Origin: Nemertoderma westbladi
Lineage: Eukaryota; Animalia; Xenacoelomorpha
Assembly: GCA_032718475.1 (NCBI GenBank)
Contig: JAUCBJ010007551.1
Coordinates: 1 to 64,000 of the forward strand
Direction of reading: 5' to 3'
DNA: 64,000 bases
Shown here: positions 50,301-61,222 of the stretch, piece after piece
How positions within the stretch are numbered: the stretch's first letter is position 1
Layout: each line of letters starts with the position of its first letter
Translations under genes and position numbers: made by a program
The notes under the pieces: model-generated
The model's input: only the letters and a program-made list of their open reading frames with translations
What the model was told of the DNA's origin: nothing
The model's database searches: none

Positions 50301-51100
50301 TTAGGAACCTACATAGCTCAACCAACAGGGGCCCATCTTAGGAACCTACATAGCTCAACCAACAGGGGTCCATCTTAGAAACCTACATAGTTCAACCAAC
50401 AGGGGCCCATCTTAGGAACCTACATAGCTCAACCGACAGGGTCCATCTTAGAAACCTACATAGCTCAACCGACAGGGTCCATCTTAGAAACCTACATAGC
50501 TCAACCGACAGGGGTCCATCTTAGAAACCTACATAGCTCAACCAACAGGGGACATCTTAGGAACCTACATAGCTCAACCAACAGGAGTCCATCTTAGGAA
50601 CCTACATAGCTCAACCGACAAGGGTCCATCTTAGGAACCTACAGAGCTCAACCGACAGGGGTCCATCTTAGGAACCTACGTAGCTCAACCAACAGGGGCC
50701 CATCTTATGAACCTACATAGCTCAACCAACAGGAGTCCATCTTAGAAACCTACATAGCTCAACCAACAGGGGCCCATCTTAGGAACCTACATAGCTCAAC
50801 CAACAGGGGCCCATCTTATGAACCTACATAGCTCAACCAACAGGAGTCCATCTTAGGAACCTACATAGCTCAACCGACAGGGGTCCATCTTAGGAACCTA
50901 CATAGCTCAACCAACAGGGGACCATCTTATGAACCTACATAGCTCAACCAACAGGAGTCCATCTTAGAAACCTACATAGTTCAACCAACAGGGGCCCATC
51001 TTAGGAACCTACATAGCTCAACCGACAGGGGTCCATCTTAGAAACCTACATAGCTCAAACGACAGGGGCCCATCTTAGAAACCTACATAGCTCAACCGAC
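47335..51100. repeat. 37-bp minisatellite (~100 copies) starting at the CHMP4 stop codon
   Basis: Unit ATCTTAGGAACCTACATAGCTCAACCGACAGGGGTCC with recurrent variants. Confidence 0.96.
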
Positions 51101-51899
51101 ATGAATCTTCTGAAACTGGAATCCTACGAATATTCAGATACCTTGGTATTATAACTCACAAACTGCAGTTGCTAGGTTACTAGGTTACTAGGGTTACTGC
51201 AGTTTTAACTTTCTTTTGCATAAAAATACAAGCGGGTTTATATTTGGAGATTATATCGTTGTTGATATATAAAAGCATAAATAAATTATGTTTAATTAGG
51301 GGGGGGGGGGGGGGGGGGGTACCCCCTCCCAGGATAAAATTATCACATTTTTGGTTTTTATTTCACCCGATGCAGAATTTAATGGGGATTCCAAATCTTA
51401 AAACTGCTTGGCGATATCTTTTTTAGTTCTCGAGTTATCTCTGTCTTTCCGTCAACCAGTTTGTCCGTTAAAATTTAGAAGACAGACAGATAGACAAAGC
51501 GTCACACAGACATATAGATACTATCAGACATTAAAACTGACGTCTGAAATGAGATCACCGTCTGTGAAAACCCCCATATTGATAATTTTTTAGTGAGGTG
51601 GTATGAAACCATAGTGCCAAACATTACTAACTGATTAACAGACCCCAGAAAGACATGTTTGAGCGGGAAGGTTCAAACTTTTAAAGCAAGTTATCTCGGA
51701 ATTACATTTATAAATTTTTCAAAATACTACTCCTCCGCAATTTTTCACTCAAATTCGATAATTTTTGGCCCATTTGAAAGACCTTTGTAGATCTTGAAAA
51801 ACTCTCCAGCACCTTAAAAAAAATATTTGTTCAAATATTATTGCGAATTTTATTAAATTTAATTAATTTCAATTAATGGTATTAATGGAAATAATATAA

Positions 51900-54750
51900 T
51901 TTTTTTTAACATATAAAATTAATATATTAGCACAACATAATATTACAGTACAAAATTTGTGTTATGTTGCATGGGATCGAAGTCGTTCTCTTAAACACCG
52001 CCCACATCCCTGCGCCATTGTCCAGCCCTATCGGCCGCCACGACCTCCGCACACATCCCTGCGCCATCATCCTTCTCTATTGGCCGCCACGACCTCCGCA
52101 CACATCCCTGCGCCTTCGTCCAGCCCTATTGGCCGCCACGACCTCCGCACACATCCCTGCGCCATAGTCCAGCCCTATTGGCCACCACGACTACCGCCCA
52201 CATCCCTGCGCCTTCGTCCAGCCCTATTGGCCGCCACGACCTCCGCACACATCCCTGCGCCATAGTCCAGCCCTATTGGCCGCCACGACCTCCGCCCCTG
52301 CGCCATCGTCCAGCCCTATTGGCCACCACGACCTCCGCCCACATCCCTGCGCCATCATCCTTCTCTATTGGCCACCACGACCTCCGCACACATCCCTGCG
52401 CCATAGTCCAGCCCTATTGGCCGCTACGACCTCCACACACATCCCTGCGCCATCGTCCAGCCCTATTGGCCGCCACGACCTCCGCACACATCCCTGCGCC
52501 ATAGTCCACCCCTATTGGCCGCTACGACCTCCGCACACATCCCTGCACCATCATCCTTCTCTATTGGCCGCCACTACCTCCGCACACATCCCTGTGCCTT
52601 AGTCCAGCCCTATTGGCCGCCACGACCTCCGCACACATCCCTGCGCCTTCGTCCAGCCCTATTGGCCGCCACGACCTCCGCACACATCCCTGCGCCATAG
52701 TCCAGCCCTATTGGCCACCACGACCTCCGCACACATCCCTGCGCCATCATCCTTCTCTATTGGCCGCCACGACCTCCGCACACATCCCTGCGCCTTCGTC
52801 CAGCCCTATTGGCCGCTACGACCTCCGCACACATCCCTGCGCCTTCGTCCAGCCCTATTGGCCGCTACGACCTCCGCACACATCCCTGCGCCATAGTCCA
52901 GCCCTATTGGCCGCCACGACCTTCGCACACATCCCTGCGCCATCATCCTTCTCTATTGGCCGCCACGACCTCCGCACACATCCCTGCGCCATAGTCCAGC
53001 CCTATTGGCCGCTACGACCTCCGCACACATCCCTGCGCCATAGTCCAGCCCTATTGGCCGCCACGACCTTCGCACACATCCCTGCGCCATCATCCTTCTC
53101 TATTGGCCGCCACGACCTCCGCACACATCCCTGCGCCTTCGTCCAGCCCTATTGGCCGCTACGACCTCCGCACACATCCCTGCGCCATAGTCCAGCCCTA
53201 TTGGCCGCCACGACCTTCGCACACATCCCTGCGCCATCATCCTTCTCTATTGGCCGCCACGACCTCCGCACACATCCCTGTGCCTTAGTCCAGCCCTATT
53301 GGCCGCCACGACCTCCGCACACATCCCTGTGCCTTAGTCCAGCCCTATTGGCCGCCACGACCTCCGCACACATCCCTGCGCCTTCGTCCAGCCCTATTGG
53401 CCGCCACGACCTCCGCACACATCCCTGCGCCTTCGTCCAGCCCTATTGGCCGCCACGACCTCCGCACACATCCCTGTGCCTTAGTCCAGCCCTATTGGCC
53501 GCCACGACCTCCGCACACATCCCTGCGCCTTCGTCCAGCCCTATTGGCCGCCACGACCTCCGCACACATCCCTGCGCCTTCGTCCAGCCCTATTGGCCAC
53601 CACGACCTCCGCACACATCCCTGCGCCATCATCCTTCTCTATTGGCCGCCACGACCTCCGCACACATCCCTGCGCCTTCGTCCAGCCCTATTGGCCGCCA
53701 CGACCTCCGCACACATCCCTGCGCCATAGTCCAGCCCTATTGGCCACCACGACCTCCGCACACATCCCTGCGCCATCATCCTTCTCTATTGGCCGCCACG
53801 ACCTCCGCACACATCCCTGCGCCTTCGTCCAGCCCTATTGGCCGCCACGACCTCCGCACACATCCCTGCGCCATAGTCCAGCCCTATTGGCCGCCACGAC
53901 CTCCGCACACATCCCTGCGCCTTCGTCCAGCCCTATTGGCCGCCACGACCTCCGCACACATCCCTGCGCCTTCGTCCAGCCCTATTGTCCGCCACGACCT
54001 CCGCACACATCCCTGCGCCATCATCCTTCTCTATTGGCCGCCACGACCTCAGCACACATCCCTGCGCCTTCGTCCAGCCCTATTGGCCGCCACGACCTCC
54101 GCACACATCCCTGCGCCATAGTCCAGCCCTATTGGCCGCCACGACCTCCGCACACATCCCTGCGCCATAGTCCAGCCCTATTGGCCGCCACGACCTCCGC
54201 ACACATCCCTGCGCCATCGTCCAGCCCTATTGGCCGCCACCACCTCCGCCCACCCCTCAGACACAGACCCACTGCCCGAAACAAGGTGATGGGAAGACGA
54301 GCCCTCACCCACCCCAATACCGAACCAGTAGGCCTCTCTTCCACCCCTCCTTACAGGAGAGGTGTATCGCAAGTTGGTGCAGGAAGTGGGAGGCTTCCTT
54401 CCCCCAGTCTCCATCAGCAGTGACCACGAGCGGAGTGAAGGTGAGTCGAAGCTGCTCACTGATTTGGCAATCGTGGTGCTTCCTCGAACGCAATATGTTG
54501 TCCGTGGAGCGGTTGCAGTAGGATAGGAGGGAGCCTCCAGCGTTTACAACGCATATGTCAAACTTCGCCTCCCTCTGCGGCTCCCACACAGCACGGACAA
54601 CTAGGTCAGTCCTGACCCCCGCATCTCCCAAGTACTGCTCCTCCCGCAACACTACCTCCCGCCTAACAGCGCTCTCCCCCCCATACCTTCGCACACAGCT
54701 CGCCTACCACACCGAGACCACCCTTACGGCAATTGACGGCGTGGACTACC
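51900..54750 (-). mobile_element. 5'-truncated CRE-like (restriction-like endonuclease) non-LTR retrotransposon fragment, with its C-terminal codons expanded into the 49-bp array
   Basis: Minus-strand RTDLVVRAVWEPQREAKFDICVV...FTPLVVTADG.WGKEA..FL..L, then (frameshift) WVRARL...LFRA..LCLRG.R..WR..GLDDGA. AT-rich 3' UTR and A8 tail at ~51900-51907. Confidence 0.7.
51997..54250. repeat. 49-bp GC-rich minisatellite (~46 copies)
   Basis: Unit CACATCCCTGCGCCATAGTCCAGCCCTATTGGCCGCCACGACCTCCGCA with three alternating variants. Confidence 0.95.
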
Positions 54751-55075
54751 GTACTATCATTTCAATTAATTAATTAAATTAATTTAATGAAAAATTGATG
54801 TTTTAAAACATCGGCTGGATGGTTTTGTAGAAGTTGCCGAGTAGAAAAACATAGTTACATATTAACGGACTAGTAGTGTTTTTTGAGAATTATTTAATTC
54901 CGACACTCGCCGCTAGAGGGACACAAAAAATTTCAGATTTCAATTTTTGTTGCTCTTTGGCCTTCCCCACGTTGTGGTTGAACACAATATAACAGTGGTA
55001 TTGACCTACCACACGGAGTTAGAGCTGTTTTAACAAAACAATCTCGTGAGGAGGACCGGGTACTTAACCCAAACC

Positions 55076-55106
<31 letters not shown>

Positions 55107-55529
55107 TTTAAGGGCATCAATTTATGATTTATTAATTTTTTACGATAATTCGATAATTATAACTATTACTCCCGGCTCGCGCTGGGATTTAAAGGAAATC
55201 TCAAATCCTGAAACTTTTAACACCTAAGAAGAGCGTGATAGAAAAGATTATAAGAATAGGCTAGACGGTCAGGGCCCAAACCGCAGGTTATCATGTTCGG
55301 AGAACCCGAAACCGTAGCCGGCCACGGCACCTAGTCCCAGCAGCGCCTTTATAGATTGCCCGGAATTTCAGGGAGAAGCTTTTCTCAGCAACTAAGCGAA
55401 AACCCCCAATAGGATGTTCCTAGACCCCCCCCCCCCCCAAATTTATCTAGAAGACTTTTTCCCATATACATTACGTTTCAAAAGTCTACGGTTCTCCGGC
55501 TAGGGCCAATTTGAGTCAAAAAGTCAGCC

Positions 55530-56800
55530 TCCATGATCAGCAAAGATCAGGTTTGATCAGCAATCGGACACTCAAGGCTTGCTCCAATCGAAAAACTTAA
55601 CATTACAAAAAGATTCAGCGACCCCACATTAGTCATGATTCCCGTTAAAAGATTTTCAAAAAAGTGAATTCTTCCTGATCAAAACGCAAGATCATGATCG
55701 CGTCAAGATCGGACTTCGTAAAATCGTAACTAAGCATTTTGGATATAAACAATTACTGTAGGAAACGTTCAGAACACCGCCCTGAGTCGATTAAAAAAAA
55801 AATTGGCCCGATCGGACAACCAGTTCTCGAGATCTGATACCTGATCATTAAAGATCATATTTTTCGGTTTTTTCCAATTTTCTCGAAAACTTTGTTTGAG
55901 ACCCCCGATTTTTTTTTTACGAATCGACTTCTATGATGAAGGGGCAACTTTTGAGCATTTCGAAATTTTCAAAAAGCGATTTGATCAGGCCGCGATCAGA
56001 AAAGATCGTGTTTTTGGTTTTATTTCGAAGACCAAGTCCTGGGAGTTCACCGTATGGAAAAACTTAACATCACAAAAAGATTCCCCACCCTCGACTTAGG
56101 GGGGGTAGCCAAAATTTGGGCATAAAAAAGTTCAAGTCTAGTGGGTTAAAACTCAAGATCATGATCGCGAAAAGATCAGTATATTTAAAATCGAAACTAA
56201 GCATTTTTTTAATAAACATTCATTGTAAGAAATGTTCAAGGGTCTATTCTGAGTTGATTAAAAAAAAAATTGGCTCGATCGGACAACCGGTTCTCGAGAT
56301 CTGATACCTGATCATTAAAGATCGTGTTTTTCGGTTTTTCCCGATTTTCTCGAAAACTTTGTTTGAGACCCCCGATTTTTTTTTTACTAATCGACTTCTA
56401 TTAAGAAGGGGCAACTTTTAAGCATTTCGAAATTTTCAAAAAGCGAATTGATCAGGCCATGATCAGGAAAGATCATGTTTTCGGTTTCATTTCGAAGACG
56501 AAGTCCTGTGAGTTCACCGTATGAAAAAACTTAACATTACAAAAAGATTCCTCACCCTCGATTTAGGGGGGGTAGCCAAAATTTGACCATAAAAAAGTTC
56601 AATTCTAGGGGGTCAAAAGATCATGATCGCGAAATGATCAGTTTTTTCGAAATTACTTCTGAGCATTTTGGGACAAAACTTTCAAACTAAAAAACATTCA
56701 CTGGAGTGTTCTAAGTAGATTAAAAAAAATTTCGACTCAATAGGCCTACCGGTACCGGAGATATGGTCGTCCAAAGTCTGCTTCCGGTAATTCGAAAATA
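55530..56800. repeat. ~467-bp degenerate tandem repeat (~2.5 copies), probably internal to a non-autonomous DNA element
   Basis: GATCGGACAACC.GTTCTCGAGATCTGATACCTGATCATTAAAGATC at 55810 and 56277; partial copies on either side. Confidence 0.75.
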
Positions 56801-57248
56801 TTTCGAAAACCCTTGATCGAATTTTTTCCTTGAAAATATGTGAATGTACAATTATTGGACCCGCATCCAACGATACATCACAATCCATATTTCGGATGAC
56901 AGGTACCGGTGAAATCAGACTTTACCGAAAAGAATTCAAATTTTTGCTACTCATGTCTGACTATCTCGAAAACTATAACAGATATGGAAATACTTTCACT
57001 GCAAGAAATGTTCGCCTATCCAATGCGCTTCTAACTCTGTGCTCGGATTTTGCATAGTGTCAGAACCTACTACTTAACCTCCCCAGCGGAGGGAACGGAG
57101 TGACCGGAGCGCCAGTACTATCTTTCATTACAATGAAGTAATAAGGGTGGTGGGTGGGGTAGGTGGTGAACACTATTTATACGGTGGAGGGAGGGTCTAG
57201 TATATTACTTTAGGATATTTGATTTCTTTGCAATATAGTTTAGCTGCC

Positions 57249-58481
57249 TGTTCGCGCTTTTGAAGACCTTTAGCAGTTTAACCTGCCAAAATTTATATGT
57301 CTTTTAGTTAATTAACACACCTTTAGCATACGACAATATTTTATGCTAATAAACAAAACATTAGCCGAAGCCAGCCCATGCGCGATCATTCACCCGATGG
57401 ATCTACACCCGGGAGGCTGAATTCGGATGCTTAGATTTTATTATTGCAGTGTAAGGTTGCAGTGTAAACCTATTGTATTATTCGATAGATCACTAATAAT
57501 TAATTTCTGACAGATATTATTAACTTTCGGGAAATATTAACAGTTCCTTTAGGACGTGGCGCTCTATCTATTTAAACAGAGCTAGGACTTATACTAAACG
57601 CAACGATAAGGCTTATGATTAAAGTATAAGTCGCATTCTTTAGGAAATGCTTTGTTACCAGTCACATCACACTCACAATCATGCACACTATTCTGCCGAC
57701 CGTCAGTATATTTGATCACACATAAAGAGAACAGCAATTGACTCAGGTAGTGTCTACTAAATAACATTAGATTCAATACACACCACATTGATATAAATCG
57801 CAATTGTTATATATAGCCCGCCTCTCTAACCTGTAGTGTATCAAGAAAATTGGGAATTTTGGGTGATTTATCCGTATTCTCCAAAGAGCAATATTTCCAT
57901 CAACAAATAGATACAATTAATAACTGACGGTAAATAGCAGTACAAACAATATGATTAGTGCAGTTAAATTAAGTGAGGTAACACCGCCGGTAACAGTTAT
58001 ACTTTCTATAATCTAAGCAGTTTACTAGAGTTCTTCCCAAAAAGCCGGTGTTTCTGGCTTAGACAGCAATAACAACAAAGTATCAAGTAAGGCAGTAAGA
58101 CTGAACACTCTCCTTATGATCGGCTGAAAAGCTACACGTCGACAGGAAAAATCGCTCTGATTGGCTCAAGCCAAACAAAGAACTATGCATCCAATGGCTG
58201 TTTCCATGTCAGCAACCAGCTGTTAGATGTCGTAATATGAATCATCACGGCTAAGCTGTGAAAGGTAGTTGGTGCATTACAGGTTTTTTGCCTTACCATG
58301 TCCGCCAAAACACGTATATAGCAGAATGACTTTTATGTCCGTTAAAACACCTGTAACGGTACCTTGCGGGCGAGGGGAATATATATACAGTTAGAGAACC
58401 TTTTTAGAGTATTCCAGCGCCTGGGGGGAAACTGGATTGCGAAGCAAAAGGGGCCAGTTATATCCCACAGAAGCTTTTACA
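57249..58481 (-). repeat. Probable 3' LTR of copy 3
   Basis: Reverse complement of TGTAAAAG...GCGCGAACA, preceded on - by GGGAGCGG. Confidence 0.7.
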
Positions 58482-58559
58482 CCGCTCCCAGAAAATGGGA
58501 TTTAAGTCTATAAAATATACAAAATCACAGTTTCTAAAATATAAAAATACTCTAAACAG

Positions 58560-59849
58560 TTAGTCTTTCATGCGCGGACGGCGTTTACGCAGTTTTTTAA
58601 AGCTAGCCAGAGTCTTTTTCTCTTTGGGGCGAGCCACTTTACAAGGAGGGCTATAACTCCTGGGTGAAGGGTGCAACATGATTGCATCAGAGGGTATAGG
58701 ATTATGGTCGGTGTATCCGCCAGTCGAAGTGCCGAGTTGATTGACATCAACGTCGGGGGAGAGGGGTCTAACGGCTTTGAGAGCTCGTTTCAAGACAGCC
58801 GCTCTTACGGGTCCTTTACGAGTGGTCTGAACGAGGGCCGTGGGTGGACCATAGGCAGTTAGAAACTTCCTTGGTTTAATGGTTCTTTCCAACTCGCGTT
58901 CGCGGGCTCGGTACTCGTAAGGCCGTCGATATACTTCCTGTAACTCGATATGCGTGATTTCTGTTCGACAGAAGCGAATAGATAAGGATGGAACGCATAA
59001 ATTCCTTCGTAAGCGCGTCCAGGATAATAGCGATGGCGCGAATCACGATGTAAATCAGCGTTCGCTTCCCAAGCTCTAATGTAACGTAGTGTGATCATTT
59101 CATCTACGCTTTCCAAATCGCGATTAAAAGGGCAATCGAAACTGGCGTGTCCCTTTAGTGGACAGTGGTGACATTGAGTCATAAATTGAGGGCAAACCGC
59201 AAAAATATGCAAATTATTAAATCTGCAATACGCTCAATAAATTTCCATCGCCGGTTGTTCGTGGAAATAGGAACAGCGGACGTTTGTGTCCATGGGCGTA
59301 ACATGGTCTCTCGATGCGCATAACCGACAACGTTGCCGAGAAACATAGTTGGCATGGCGATAATCGTACGCAGTGAGACACTGTGGACCTTGATACCATT
59401 CTAGGATGTAATCGTTGTCGCTGTTCCGAGCGCGATAGGCTGAATCTCCTCAGATTCTAGGCATATTGGTTCGTCTTCCCAGTCTGTTACGAATAGAATT
59501 TTCGTGATCTATTCTCGGTTTATCGTTACGACTCCGCTGGGTATGATATTTAAATAGAACCATTTCCCTTTAGGGTGTCTACATCGTCCGTATCATGTAA
59601 ATCGATAGGATGGCCGGTAGTTAAGAAGTCCATATACGTACCATTACGATGCGTATAGCGAGCGGTTAATTTTCGATAGTCCAATTCACGCGTAAGTTGC
59701 TCTTGGGACATCGGCGGTTCGATATAACGACCATCGTCCTCCGTAATAGTCGGATCGGCTTCACCGCGTATCAAGCTATCCACAAACGCTTGTAAAGGTA
59801 GAGTATATCGCTCTCTAATACCAAGGTCATCTTCTATCAATTCCGTCAT
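58560..59849 (-). pseudogene. Disrupted accessory zinc-knuckle ORF of copy 3
   Basis: Shares the TGA, the second TGA and the 160-bp deletion with copy 1, plus a private frameshift near 59572. Confidence 0.8.
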
Positions 59850-61222
59850 ATCTGCTATCTGAGTTTGTTAATATCAATATAAGTTAATATTTTAGGCAAG
59901 CGGGCGTCGCTGCCTACTAGGCTTTTTGCCCCCGGACAGTGGGTTTCTCAGCGCCGATGTACCGCTGTCGCAGTGTTTACGCCAACATGTAGCAACAGCA
60001 CGACAACGATAACCGGCACAAGTCCCACCACTGTCCGTCCCAAAGGCTTGAATCCACTTGAGGTTATCTCGGTAGAGTTAGGGCTATTTTACAATTGCGA
60101 TTAGCTACTGTAAACACACTTTAGTAGTAACATTCACCTATAAACGCACAAATTCCATACAATCATTACTTACTGCACACATGCATGCCATTTGTCCGTT
60201 AGTCAGTGTCTTCCAGAATGTCACGTTATTACTATGTATCCTTGGATACTAATAGTGCGCTATGTATACTCTTATGCTACGCAATGGGGCAAGCTTTTAT
60301 TGGTCCTTTAACTTGTTTCTAATTCTAGCGTGGGTGTTGCCATGGTGACATTATGGAAAACTAGCGGTAGAATTAGGATAATTCTCATGCATACAGATCT
60401 GGGATGTTATTTAATAGTAATTCTTTAATTGTCAATATCCTCTTTATGCATGATTTTATAAATTTTATCGGCTATTGACTATATGTTGGAGATTCTCACA
60501 CTCTAATACACTCAATATGAATCTCCGCTCCCATGATCTATTAATTACTGGAATTTTGGGAATGTTATAAATTGCACAAAATGACAATTTATGAAATGAT
60601 TCTGATTCTCCACTGATTCTAGAATTTATCTTTCAAGTATATCGGTGGGTGCCACGATATCTTAATCGACTAGAATTACAGATGGTCAAAAGTTTAACAG
60701 ATTTATTTGCGATTTACGCTACTGTTAGAGGGACATCACGCTACTATATGTATTATTTGTTATAAGGTAGAAGAGCAATATCGCACGAAGCAATGTCAGT
60801 GTGAAGAGGCAAGTCGTTTCCAAGGTCTACCCAGAGCTTGGTTTAGCCGAGACACGAGGATCTGAACTTTGCATTCCTAATACTCTGCCTACCAATAATA
60901 CTTAAATATAGTAGTGGCTTTATTGTACTTTAAGAAGTACTGACATGTCATCTTACTATAGTCTCGCATTTATAATATAATACGGACAGTAAGGAAAGAG
61001 AAAATAATTACTTCTTGCCGTCACACTAAATATATATTATAAGTAATTATGTACGTAATAAACACTAATATATTGCACTAATCTACTAACATTCTAAAAT
61101 AACATTTTACTAAATAAAATTAAAGAAAACGATTATAATAAAATTACGTAATAATACATACATAAATATAAAATAAAAAACAAATATAAAATGATATAGT
61201 CACACACCCACTCCATATGTTA

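Noticed and set aside
47335-51100. CRISPR-like array (36-37-bp repeats here and at 28-32 kb)
   Set aside because: No unique spacers, no cas genes, eukaryotic context.
52178-54423. Overlapping plus-strand Pro/His-rich ORFs
   Set aside because: The 49-bp period cycles through frames; the meaningful coding signal is on the minus strand.
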